This document shows, piece after piece, positions 1 through 12,871 of a stretch of 64,000 nt of DNA. A program made the translations under genes and the position numbers. The DNA comes from Nymphaea colorata. Its lineage: Eukaryota. Location of the stretch: positions 27,218,001 to 27,282,000 of the forward strand of contig NC_045138.2 of the NCBI RefSeq assembly GCF_008831285.2. Direction: 5' to 3'. Positions within the stretch are counted from its first letter, which is position 1; each line of letters begins with the position of its first letter. The notes beneath the pieces were generated by a model that worked only from the letters and a program-made list of their open reading frames with translations, did not search any database and was not told where the DNA came from.

Positions 1-805
1 CAATGAGTATAAAATGAAATGGTGTTCCATGGTTTACCATGGAACGGCTTCGAAACCCGCTCAAAAGTCAAAACACACTCGAAACCCTCGATTTCTTGCG
101 CACAAGTTCTCTCTCTCTCTCTCTCTCTCTCTGCAATCTCATCGAAACTCTCGACTTTCTTGGTTCAGCTTCGCCCTCTCCATCTCTTCCTGCAGTCCCT
201 TCTCATGTGCTCTCTCTCCTATCCATCACTCAGTTTCTCAGTTGATCTCCTCATTAGCTCGATTTCTATGGTGGTGGGGCTTTCCTCTAAATCACTCATT
301 TTACTCACAGTATGATCTCTTTTCACTATCGCTCTCACTCAGTTGCTATATATTTTGCTTGATTTGTGTCTCTCTCACTCATTTGCTATATATTTTGCTT
401 GATTTGTAGCATGCTTGAGCTCAACGAGGACAGTTCAATACGCTTTCTATTATTGTTGGTCTACTTTAGATGGTTTGCTATTTTTCCCTTTCTTTTATCC
501 ATATTTCACCTTTTAATATTAAATTAATATGAAAATGCTCAATTTTTATGGTTTGCAGAAAGCAAATACATGGGCCAAATCAAGTTTACAAGACGAACTG
601 AAATGATGAGTCGACTCTTGATGGCCATTGTATAGTACTATTATAGAAAAAAGGAGTATAGAAATGGGGAGACCACTATTAAGAATATAATGAAGTAGCT
701 AGAAGGTTGTTTATACTTGTACTTGCAATTATGAAAAGTTGATGATTGATGAACAATGTAATTGTTTTTGTATAAATAGCAAAAGTTGTTTTTTTTCATG
801 AGTTG

Positions 806-920
<115 letters not shown>

Positions 921-2288
921 TATTACTTCATTTTGGCTATTCACACACTTCTTTTGAATATTCTCATAATGAAACAAGAGACTCCAAGAAACAAACATCG
1001 GACAGGCCGAATAAGATAGACAATACAAATAAAACAACCGTTGGATATAAGGAACATGATGTTTATTCCTAAAATTGTCAAACAATGGACTGAACAATGG
1101 TGTGATAGACATGACGTCTTGTTTGTTCTGTCCTATGGTTCAGCTATCAAACAACTTCAATGGTTTGTCATCAAACATTGACCACTATAATTCAACACAC
1201 ATTTCATTTTCAACTCCAAAAAAACTACTGCGTGAAAAAATTGCTCTTGATCATTTGGTTTCTCAACCCTCCGAACATTGGTCGTATCAGAAATCATAAG
1301 AGAACATTGATCGTATCGTTACTCAGACAGATGAGAATACCAACCAATTGTATTAATGGCCCAACGAAGCAATTGAATTGTATGTCATTTTCGAATATTT
1401 TTTTTCATATCGTTGAAGCTTTAGGTGAGCGGCATTAGAATTGAAAGGATTAATGAACAAGCCAAATAGAAAAAATGAAAAATAAGCTTAAAAGCGTTTT
1501 GGATGTCATGAATGACATGAAGAGGAGCCAGGAACAAGTCATAATGCATATGATATTTGTGATCTTATGCTTCCCCTTATTCTTTGAAATCGACTTCAAA
1601 GTTTATATCAGACCACAAAGAAAAAAAGAAGGCCCTATGATCATAATATATACGAGTACTCGATCCAAATCTCTTCAAATCTTTCCAATAGGAAATTTTG
1701 AATGGAGAATATCAATATAATCTGATTTTGCCTCTCTTCACGTGTTGGCACCTTAAAAATCATATTTCTTTAATGGCTTCCGTGCAAACTCTAACCTCAT
1801 AAATGTCATCTTCACAGGCTGAGCCTGTAAATTCCCTCTCGGATGGCTTCATCCGAATGCGGAAGCTAGGTTTTAATGGAAACTGAAGATTTAAGGACAT
1901 TTGAAACATTGCAGATTGAAAAATTATATCTACTGTTCCGATTACCAACCATGAACATCACAAACGGAAATCGAGGACTTTCTATTCGATCACATTGCAC
2001 CCGACCCTCAATAAAAAATCGATCATGAAAAGTTACTCATTCACTGGCATGCTATTTTAGAGAAGCTACACACTTGCATGACTCCTATAAAAGTTTCAAT
2101 CTGCGTATTCCGAATGTTCTTGTGTTCAGTAGAAAACCAACAAAAGATCAAGACTCAAAAACCAATTTCATGGTACCAAAATGAAAATGGAATCGACCAG
2201 TCAATCCTTCACAAGCCTCTAAAACAACCTACAACTAGGAAACATATACCGAAGAGCAGAGATAGAGAGAGAGAGAGATCTTCGTTTT

Positions 2289-2960
2289 CTATGAAAAATT
2301 GATAGCAGACATGTCAATGACAGAAGTTGTACGTGAGACAGGCAGAGACCTTGGCGTCCTGGGATGATATGGAGCGATCCTGAAGCCATGCTCATCATAC
2401 ACAGGAACGTCATCCTCATCCTCGCCACCACTGGGAGGCACCCTGCACCTCTCCCCCAATATTATCTGCTTCTTCCATATCAAATCTCCCTCGTCGAACG
2501 TCGTCGACGCCGACTTCCCCCTCGCCCTGTGAGCCTCCTTCTTCAACGTCCAACTCCGCGTCAGCTTCTGGCTCAAGCTCATCATCAACCTCCTCCTCCC
2601 ACCTGCACCATCCTTATGATCGGCTCCAATCCTCAAGGTGGGTTCCTTGTTGGCTTTGACATGTGTGATGACCATTGACCGAGAAGGCGGCAGCGGTGGT
2701 GCTTTCGGTGAGGATGATGACGACGACGGCTGTGGTGGTGGTGGGGACGATGATTTCGGCTCCGCTGCCGACGATGATGATGATTTTGGTGGTGGAGATG
2801 GTGGCGGCAATGATGATTTCCGGGGCCTAGGGCCGCATAGGAAGAAGACGATGGCCAGTGTTGTGTAGAGGACTGACACCGTCAGGATGCCATGGACGAG
2901 TGCGATGATGATGGCGTTGTTGTGGAGGGTGACTGGTTGTGGAGGAATGGGCCTACCCAT
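2289..2960 (-). CDS. Plant-specific uncharacterised single-exon protein (223 aa): N-terminal hydrophobic helix, Pro/Ser-rich linker, conserved-looking C-terminal motif
   Basis: Intact GC-rich ORF in AT-rich surroundings. Hydrophobic segment GILTVSVLYTTLAIVFFLCG. The C-terminal IWKKQIILGERCRVP...VYDEHGFRI...PRTPRS resembles a family of small uncharacterised plant membrane proteins (recalled as At1g49000-like; not verified). Confidence 0.85.
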   Translation of the reverse strand: MGRPIPPQPVTLHNNAIIIALVHGILTVSVLYTTLAIVFFLCGPRPRKSSLPPPSPPPKSSSSSAAEPKSSSPPPPQPSSSSSSPKAPPLPPSRSMVITHVKANKEPTLRIGADHKDGAGGRRRLMMSLSQKLTRSWTLKKEAHRARGKSASTTFDEGDLIWKKQIILGERCRVPPSGGEDEDDVPVYDEHGFRIAPYHPRTPRSLPVSRTTSVIDMSAINFS

Positions 2961-4019
2961 GCTTGTTCATGGTGCAGCAATGGTGGAAGAAATATTTCTT
3001 CTCTTTTGTTCTCTCTCCATCTCTCTCTCTCTTTCTATTATAATAATATTATTAATTATAATTATTATCTCTTTTTTATAATTATTATTAGTATCACAAT
3101 TTTTTGTTTACTTGCATTTAAGAATCAATTTCTGTGGCTTTTAGTTAAGAACGGAGACAAATATAGAGTAGGAACTGGTCAACCGCTTCTATGATCAATG
3201 CCGGTGGCACTACCGGAACGTGAAGGTGCCACCGATGAAAAAGGCATAACTGACGCTCCCCACATCAGTAGATGCTAATTCTTCGGTCCCCTGCATCCTC
3301 ATCCCCTAGGCCGGCTTCAAACTATCCTCCCTTAAGCAGCCTTCAAAAGTGTTTTCACTTTGGACTTTGGAGCATTATTTTTTTATTAAAAGGATCTGTC
3401 AGCATCATATATATATATATATATAGCCCATTTAAATTTAGACTTATATATTCTCAATTTTGATTACCTAGGGATCTAATATTAGTCAGGTGTTGTAAAT
3501 CAAAACTGTCTGCACCCCTAACCATGGGTGGTGCTCGGTCAATCCCTAAAAACTGCCTTCCTTATTTTGACTCTCACAAGAGCCTTTTTATATCCATGTT
3601 CTTACTCTGCTTCCAAAATGAAGAAGATATACGAGTAAAATTTAACTCATTGAAGGGAAACCGGTCGCTATCTTCTAGGTGTGCAGTAGTTGCTGGGGAC
3701 AGTTTGAAGCTCTATGGCCAAATCAGTGTTTGAGTCGAATTCAGTATGTATGGGGAAAAAGCTGTTCATGCATCAAGTCGGGTAACTGAAACAGGACTCG
3801 GGTTTGACTTGTTTATGTTTCTCGATTTGAACTGGATTTGACTCCTTTAAGCTTTAATGAACTCAGCTCAGGTGATAAACGAGTCGAGTTTGAGCCTAGT
3901 TTCCAACAAACCAATTTCATGTCGCCAATGTGAGGTTCTTGAGGCTAAATTGGCTCATTAGAGTTACATGTATAATTTTGTAAAGGTCATTCAATTCATA
4001 ATATGTGATCTGACTTATG

Positions 4020-4445
4020 TATGGATGTCAATAAATCAGATTCAGATTGGGTATCTGACTAAACTGCTTCAAAAAGTCGGGTATGGAAAAGATTTGACAT
4101 CTGATTAAAGAATTAGATCAGATCAGATTTAAGAAATGACATACAATTAGATTCAAATTTGGTATTAAACAAATATTTGATTAGAGTGGGATTCAGTTTG
4201 AAATGAATACCTTAAATCTAGTATTCATACATTTTGGAAGTCAATTCTTAACGCATCATAATACGGATGGGATAACTTGAAAGTTGGATTCCAATTCCAA
4301 TTTGAATCTAAAATTGGGTTCAAATCATGAATTTAAGAATCGTATCCACAGATTTTTTCCATTCATATTTGAATCTAAATAGAAAAACATCTGATGAAGT
4401 GGCCGATAAGGGTACATCCGATTCAAATACAGTCCACTGACTATG
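4020..4445. mobile_element. Degenerate non-autonomous DNA transposon (GGATAT/ATCCGA-rich MITE family)
   Basis: Starts tatggatgtcaat and carries repeated cagattcagatt/atccgatt motifs. Collinear similarity to 53780-54231 (e.g. agaaatgacat vs agaatgacat). Boundaries approximate. Confidence 0.55.
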
Positions 4446-6050
4446 CTGTCGTTGAAGGGATTCCAAGCTTAAAACCTTAAGTTTCAATAAGGTGCTTTTG
4501 AGATTAACTTAGCGGGAGCTTCGTCAAGAAGCCTTGTCCGTTCCTTGCAAAACTCGAAGTCGTCTCAAGTTTTAAGTTCAGCCCAAGTTCAAGCGGCTCT
4601 GACTTGGGTAGAACTCAGCATATATATGTGCATTTCGTAACAAATGACTAAACCAGAAATATTCTTTAACGTATCCAAATTTGTTTAGTAAGTTCTTCTC
4701 AAAATGTCATTGTTTTCCACATACTGGAGGGAAATTTTCCAGCCTAAGGATAAGGGAGATCCCTCTCAATAAACAGTTTACCACAATGTCAGATTCCAAT
4801 CTAGATATCCATTCTTCTCCTGCCATCCAGTATATACTTACGCTTAACATGGATTGCACACAGGTTGGATCCAATTTGGATCCTGTGCCAAAAGAAAGAA
4901 AAAAAGAAAAAATCAAAACTGTCAGATCAGATCCAAATCATTTGCAGTCCTACCATGGCAATGCAAACATCTTTGACGTAATCGACATGATGCTTTTGAA
5001 CATGTATTGAGACTAGTAGGTCCAAAGGATGCATTTTATCATGTAATATGCCTTGGTTGTCTTTCTGTGTAGAAATCTCGGCTACCCTTTTCTCCAAGCT
5101 AAAGATATGCACTCTGCGGATATCAAACTTTATGAAATTCAGTATCATTGATCTTAATGCGACTCACCTAAGCGGAGATATAAATTCTTAATTGGTGAGC
5201 ATTTTCACTTTCACATGAAGCCAAACCATGCCAAGGAGAAAGAAAAAGAACTACCCATTTGAGTTGCTCAGGTGAGTTGGCCAACTGCTAAATCTATTAA
5301 GCATCTCTATTTTGTAAATCCATGATACATGAATCCCGAAGCCACAAAGATGAAACAATAAAATAAAAAACATATAATAGAAAAAGGTTACATCTAGGGC
5401 TTTGTTCGCTTCTTCCATAATAAAGTAAAGGAGAAAGGAGCAGCATTATTTGTGAACCAGTTTGTGTCTGGACATGAATTAAACAAATCTGAAGCAGCAG
5501 TTATCATGGCCTGTCATGTACTCCTTCTGTACCTGTATTTCATTGCATCCCTCCATAATCCATGCTTCTGGCCAAAGCATCCTCCAGAATAGTCTAATGC
5601 AATAAATGCAGCTAAGACAAAGATGCAGGAACCGTATGCATGAGAGCAGCTAACCTGCACCTGTCACTCCTCAGCTCTGCTTTGTCTTTTTATTGGTGGA
5701 GACATGCATAATAAGGAACCCCAAAATCTTGGTTTTGGTGACTTCGTGTTGAGAGATAATCTCAAGATCTATTCAGAGAAGAAGGATCTTTGAAATTGAG
5801 TTCATTTAAAAGTTAAGAATGTAGAGAAATATGCACATGGTACTGGAAAATGTTGTTAATAATTCGATAACTTTGAGCTCTACGATATTTTGTACACATT
5901 TTATGTTAAAGTTATTATCTGTTTTCACATTGAACAAGATGTTTGACTACTTCATATCTTAGATCCAAAGATTTTATCTTTTGTGAGGCCCTCCTGAGAT
6001 TTATGGTTCTAGCAAACTGTAGATTAGAAAACATAAATTTAAGATCCTTA

Positions 6051-6092
<42 letters not shown>

Positions 6093-9000
6093 ATAAGTTT
6101 TTCTGTGGATTGCTATTCAAATATTGCATGCCCCTATTGGACTTTTTATGTTTGGATATTGATCAAATAATAAATTGTGAAATACTGTTAACACCAAGTG
6201 CATGCTTTATAAATATCTGTGTACCTTGTTGAAATAGACACTCTTTATCTTTCTTTTTGCTCTTCTCTAAAAGAAGTTTAATCAATTGTTTATAATAGAT
6301 AAGGCTTTTCTTCTTTATCACTGCAGTCTATGAACAAAACTAGATAGTTATATGAGCGAAAGAAAACTGCAGTTAGTAATGCAAGTATTATGAACATCAA
6401 AGCACGCACTCGCAAAGCGAAGGGCATGCACTAAAAAGTTTATGCAGAGGAGGAGGCCACTATAGTTTTCATCAAAATTTTAGGAAGGACAGCTCCGGCT
6501 GGCTGGGCCCCGGCCTCCGGGCCGGGTCGTCGTCTTTTGCCTACAAACATGTACACATCATTTCGACACTTGCAGTACGTACTGCGGCGGGGCTTCGAAA
6601 CTTCCGACATCCAGTCAACTTGATATTTACAGGTCATCCCTACAGATGGACATGAATTGTGGTCACCCATTGGCATCCTTGGATTCAAGTGTGTGTTCTT
6701 GACTTGCTTGCTTCACGTGAGTACTCTTGTGGCCACATGATGCTAATGGAGTTTTTCTCAGGCTAGTAAGTTGTACGCAGGCTAGACAGACAGAGAGAGA
6801 CATAGAAGAGGGATACTCGTGAAGGCAAGTTTCTATCGGATTGCTCTATATAGGATGGCTCTTCTTCTCAGCTTGTGTAGTTGCAAATGCTTCTCATTCA
6901 AACACGACTGTAAAAGTTTAGGATATGTTTTTCAGGGTTAACACTTCACGTCACGGCGATACATGAGGGCAGTGTGGGCTACTGCCCCCACCAACCCATC
7001 AGTAAAAATTCAAAATTACAGTGTCATGGTCATGACTTTAGAATTACATGGAGCGCCCACATCAAGCCTGGACTAGTGATTAGACTGCTCCTCAGCTAAA
7101 ATATCTTAGCTCTGCTACTGCCTAATGTCTACAAGATTCATAAATTTTCCACCTAAGTTGTAGAAACAAAGCATGTCATGCACAGTTAATAAGTTTTAAT
7201 CAATCTATATGTTAATATAGTCGGTGGTGACTAAACAATGACAATGTAGTATTATTAAATGAAATTGAAACGGCAGATGCACCAAAACAACGTCTGTATC
7301 GTTTTAATACGTAGTGTTCACTAAAATAAATTCCAGTTTTGCGTTCTTGGTGACATAGGCAAACACGTCGTTCCACAAGCACAAATTTGTATGTCCATGA
7401 TGCTTGTTTTATTATATTTGAGTTTTATAAATATAAAAATGACGTTGAAAACTAAAATTTTTATTTTTTTTTATGAATTAAACATTTAAAAACGTTTGCC
7501 CTGATGTCTCTTTTTTTTAAAAAAAAAACAAATTGTGTGGATATGTATTATCTAATGGACATGCACTAATTGTGACATAAACAACCTGAAAAAGAAAAGA
7601 TTTTAAAAATAAAACCTAATGTTTGATCCAAATTATTATGTGAATTGTAAGCAATTAACACATATATCTTGAATTCATCCATAAAAGAAAGTGTACTTTT
7701 GAATCCCTTGCATAACTTTATGATTTTATCAAATTGATAGAGAAAAGAAAAAAAAAAAAAGAAGTAAAACAAGAAAGATGCGAAAGAAAAGGAGGGCGAA
7801 ACGGTGGGCAATGGAGGAAACAAGAAAAAAGAAGCACCCATATAATAAGTGTCAACGTCGTGACACGAGTTGTCCGGCCGCCAGCCATATGGAAAAATAG
7901 AAAAGTGATTTCTTTCTGTTTATTAGCCCTCCTACTTATTTAATTACTTGTTTACCTTTTTCTTATCAAGAGAATGGCATGCGGTCACAATCGACATGCA
8001 CATAATATATATATATATATATTGAAATCATGTTGTTTCTTTATTTATTTTATGTCACTAAAATATTATAAAAAAACGCATTCCGCCACTGAAAAACTGT
8101 AGTTAAGCAGGTAGGTTGTTGCCAATACATCATTTGGGACAATTTTTATCAAAACCAAAGAAAGTTACTGAAATAACATTTACAATAGTTTATAAAGCTT
8201 TCATTGACATATTTTTATTTTTCAGCCATCTGGTATGCAGCAACTTTGCCACACATACATGGGCGAACACAGACACTTAAGTACTAGAGATTCATGAGAA
8301 ATGGTTTTATCTGTTAATTTAGTTTGCATACACTATTTAAAGAAAAGAAAGAGAGAGTAAAAAAAAAAGCAGTATTTTCATCCTTTAGTATTAATTTACA
8401 ATTTTTCTTGTGGTTGGTCATAAATCAACAAAAACCCAAGCTCGATTATTCCTCATGAATCTAGCACCTACAAAAAAAAAATTAAAAAATATAATTGTTA
8501 ATAAGACTGGTTTTTATGATTTTAAACACCTGAGCAACATTGAAAGATCATATGAGAATTTGGCGACTCACATGGAATCACATCCCAATTCCTCTACTTT
8601 CCATGCATCAACAGTGTCGTCTCCAACTTCAACCGCTCCTTCCTTTCTTAGCCGGCACTGCCTTTATTCACTCGTTCTTTCGAGACCACTTTTGTCATTC
8701 ATAGCACTAAGCCCTTTCTGATGTATAAAATAAGCGAATAATGAAAACCGGCCGTCGATTTATTTTCTTGGGGCTCATACTTTTAACACATTGTTAGTGA
8801 TCATGATGCATCGCAGTGGAATCGACTAAGCTCACACATTTGACTACTTTGCTGTTCTTTATTCTTCATGGGTTATATAGGTACATGCATCTTCATTTTT
8901 ATATGTTTTTTTCCAGAAAAGTGCACCTGGAAATCAATCCCTTATTTGTGAGAAATGGGTGGTTTATTTTCCATAATGTTTTGCATTTCATACATTTGAA

Positions 9001-10262
9001 TCCAAATCCAATCTCAAGTGAGTTCGTCACAAATTTATACCAATCTTCATCAGTTATGGAAAAGTTTCATCGATGGTGTTAACACTTTTGTTAATATGTC
9101 AACCTCTAGGTTTGTTTTTTATAGTCCTCAAATCATAAAAGATGTGCTTAGAAGAAGAGTCTGGTCTTAAATCTTTGAATTTCAAATCCTCAAGATCTGA
9201 AATCAAAGCTGATCAATGATAATCAAATACCCATCCAGTTACAATGAAATGCTTACAATAAATAAGGACAGAATCCCCATGTAAGACAAATGGAGAAATC
9301 CAAAATTTTCATTCAACCCAGAACCAGTCTTCACGTTCAACTCGAGATAACATATTACAATCTTAAAAAGATGCTAATACTATTCTCATAAGCATCTGAA
9401 CGGAATCAAAAACCAAATTCATAATCATCTTATTTGATGCCAATCTATCCAAATAAATCCAGTGGACCCTAGTGATAGCAATTCTGTCTGATCCCTGCAT
9501 CACATTCGTCGTCTTATGGAACGAGGGGAGTATAGAAGTTGAATTTGAGTGTTTTCGGATCTCATTTTCAAGATTCACCTCTCGAATCATTTATTCATGT
9601 TTAAGAAAAAAAACAACAAAAACAAGATTTAATACTCTCTCTCTCGCGGATTGACGACGATTTCAAAATCTTCCTGCTCTGAATCCCGACCACTTGTTGC
9701 AGAGTAGCATCCCTCACGCGGGACCCATTTCTTAGGAGCATGAATCCTCAGATCTTTATTCGGATCCGTGGCGTTCAAGCACACCTCATAAAACTTTGAG
9801 GATTTCTAGACAAACCGAAGGTGGCCGTAAAAGGTGGCTGCCGCGTGCTTTTTTTGAGTCGGTTTTATATACAATATACAACTCTTTCAATTTTTTCAAA
9901 ATTTGTTCTGGAGGGGCAAAACCACAGCAATTAGTTTGAAAGAAATATTATAATCAGTACGAGATATCTTTTATTTTCTTACAGCCTTTGGGTACTCGGG
10001 GAGGGAGGTCGTAGGAAGACCTTTTAGGATCATTAATTCGCAGTGATATTTTTGTTGCCCCATATAAGCACGCCGACAGAGGGGCTTGCTGATAGAGAAG
10101 TCCGGATTGGTAAGGAATGAAGAATGTGTTTTTTCTGTATTTGGTCGCATGTACTGTGACGTTTCCTGTGTTGGTGGTACACGGAGAATGATGAAGGTGT
10201 TTTGAAAGAAAAACTTGGTAACTGAGTGTTGGGGGATGGGTACTTATTTTGCAGCTGATACT

Positions 10263-10289
10263 ATGATGGGTGTATCGAGGATGCATTGA
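10263..10289 (+). promoter_or_regulatory. Short upstream ORF (MMGVSRMH*) in the predicted LOG 5' leader
   Basis: ATG ATG GGT GTA TCG AGG ATG CAT TGA lies after a likely leader-intron acceptor (ttttgcag ending 10254) and ends 53 nt before the LOG ATG. Confidence 0.45.
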
Positions 10290-10342
10290 ATTCAGAGCTT
10301 TTCTTTTGAGTTTATTTGTCTGGTGACACACTGGAGGGTGTC

Positions 10343-12871
10343 ATGGAGCGCGATGGTGTTCAGAGATTCAAGAGAGTTTGCGTTTTCTGCGGGAGCAATT
10401 CAGGGAACAGGAAAGTTTTCAGCGATGCTGCTTTTGATTTAGGGAATGAATTGGTTGGTGCCTGCTTTTTTGCTTTCTGTTCATCTTTTTCTGTGTTAAT
10501 TTTGGTGTGTTTCTTCTTTCCAAGTCTCCAATCCTCTTTTGTTTTGTGTCCGCAATTTATCTCAGTTTCTTGTATTTGTGAACCATGTCCTGAAGTTCTG
10601 TTAATGGGGGTGCCCAGGTGCGCACTTCTCCTGCATGATGATCCTTAAAGGATTATACAGTTCATGATTGTGGATTATCCATGTCTTTCACTTTCCTTTT
10701 TACGGTCCATTGTTCCGTCTGTTTTTTCAGGTGAAACGGAAGATAGATTTGGTTTATGGTGGAGGGAGTGTAGGATTGATGGGTTTGATCGCTAGGACTG
10801 TTCTTGATGGTGGTTGCCATGTTCTCGGGTAAGTAAATCCTGGAAAACTCAAGCCGTACTATAATCTTGCGATCTATTTTTCCAAATTTATGATTTTATC
10901 TTTGCTGTTTTCCGTTAATTACAGAGTGATCCCGACAGCCCTCATGCCGCTGGAGGTACCTTATACATGATTCAGATATCCTTTTCCTTACAGTATATCA
11001 TGCTTTTGTTTTCTATCTTCATTTTGGTAATATGATTTTGATAGAAATTCCAGTTCATTCTGTAGAGATATCTGTTAGCAGTTCTATTTCGTGTTAATTT
11101 GAGTGTTGCCCTTATTATGAAATTAGCTTCCAAAGTTCAGTGCATGTGAAAAAGAAGTTATGCAGTTCCATGTTTAGGTTGGGAAGATGGTTTTCACATC
11201 TTGTTGGATAGAAATTCCACAGGCTTTTTTTTCCCTCCTTGGAAATGTTTCTAAACTGCACAGAAATGTGAAGTTCATCGGAAGACTGTAGAGAACAGAA
11301 ACAGGAAAAAAGAATGAGGAAGAAGATAGAAATCCCTTCTTATGTCTGCAAGTTAACTTTTCTTCTACTCATTATTGTCTTTGGAAGACAGTTTTCTTGC
11401 TCTTAAATGCTAACAGCCACCGAGATGGAAGGTGTTGCCCGCGTCCTTTTACTGCTACTTGTCTTGGTATATATTGTTGGGAACAAAAACTCAGCATCAT
11501 GTCTAATTTTCCCTTCCATTACGTATTAGCATCAGGTAAATATCTCCCATGGTGTCCTTATGTTTTACATCTTTCAACCCAAACATTAGCTTCCAAGGAA
11601 TTGCTAGCACTTAGAACTAGAACCTTGAACTGGCCAGTTACAACGCATTGAGGTGATGGCATTACATGTACTGACCATCTGCTGAAAATTTATGTTTAAC
11701 GAAATCTAGTTTGTCTTCACAAAATGTAATAGTTGGTATTCTGGAAAGTTTCTGCTGGAGCAATTAATGTGGTTCCCAAAAGCGCAACATTAGAAGTTGG
11801 TGGCAGCTGACATTTATTTCCCTTTTTGACTTTTAACTTTTAAGCATGAGTTCTTATGTTAACATGAGGGACTTTGTTATGTATCTTTGATTAATATGTT
11901 TGATTGCATTTCAACTAGTTCATATCACTGGTTTGTCAGAGTTTTTCTTTTTTTTTTTCTTTTGGTTGCATTTTGCAGATATCTGGTGAAGCTGTTGGTG
12001 ATGTGAAGACAGTAGCTGATATGCATGAACGCAAAGCAGAAATGGCACGCCAAGCAGATGCTTTTATTGCTCTCCCTGGTAAAGTTTGAACTATAAATAT
12101 GTAAAAGCCTAGTAGATATGCTATCACTAGTGAATATCTCATTCACGTTGACTTCCATGCTTTAGGAGGATATGGAACCATGGAAGAACTATTGGAGATG
12201 ATCACTTGGTCACAGCTTGGCATTCATGAAAAACCTGTGATTCACAAGCCTTTTGCTCATTTTAAGAGTTTTCTTTTTTTGAAAAGTTTTGGTTGGTTCA
12301 GAGAACTGATTTCTCCAACTGTAATTTCTTTCCAGGTTGGCTTGTTGAATGTTGATGGATATTTCAATGCCTTGCTTGCATTATTTGATAATGGAGTTGT
12401 TGAAGGTTTTATAAAACCAGATGCTCGGAATATAGTTGTATCTGCACCTACTGCACAAGAATTGATACTAAAGATGGAGGTAAGAGAACCTCTTCAGTTT
12501 ACTTTTGTGAGTTCATTTTACTTGACTCCCAGTTTGTTTGGAGAATAATGGAACCTACATATGTAAGGTTGTTGACGGTATCAATGTTTATCAAATTTGG
12601 TGATCAGTCCTTCAGCAGAAGGTGCTTGACCTGATGTGGTTCAGAAAACCAAGTCAGTCAATCTAGTATAGTCTCCAAAATGAGTTTGAAAGGGTCTATT
12701 CGAGATGCAACCACATTGACCAAAGTTGGTTGCTTGTTTTTGTCTCAAATTGGTATCTCTTTTCTTTTGAACGTGCAGGAATACAAGCCACTCCATAAGC
12801 ATGTGGCACCAAGGAAAAGCTGGGAGATCGAGCAACTAGGCTATTCAAAGCAGCTTGGTCAGCCTGAATGA
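10343..12871 (+). CDS. LOG8: Cytokinin riboside 5'-monophosphate phosphoribohydrolase, LONELY GUY family (LOG8-like), 215 aa, 7 exons
   Basis: Exons 10343-10453, 10731-10828, 10925-10955, 11979-12078, 12166-12236, 12336-12479, 12779-12871 (648 nt, all GT-AG, in frame). Motifs [59 protein letters not shown]. Confidence 0.96.

Noticed and set aside
2364..3194. Plus-strand ORFs overlapping the 223-aa gene
   Set aside because: Antisense shadows of a GC-rich, low-complexity coding region.
5021..5040. tccaaaggatgcattttatc, resembling miR393
   Set aside because: Several mismatches and indels relative to miR393, and no complementary star arm seen.
10976..10984. ATATCCTTT, a U12-type donor consensus in LOG intron 3
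   Set aside because: The canonical GT donor at 10956 already gives the conserved in-frame protein, and no matching U12 branch point/AC acceptor was identified.
11216..11227. tccacaggcttt, a partial miR396 match
   Set aside because: Only 12 nt match and there is no precursor hairpin.
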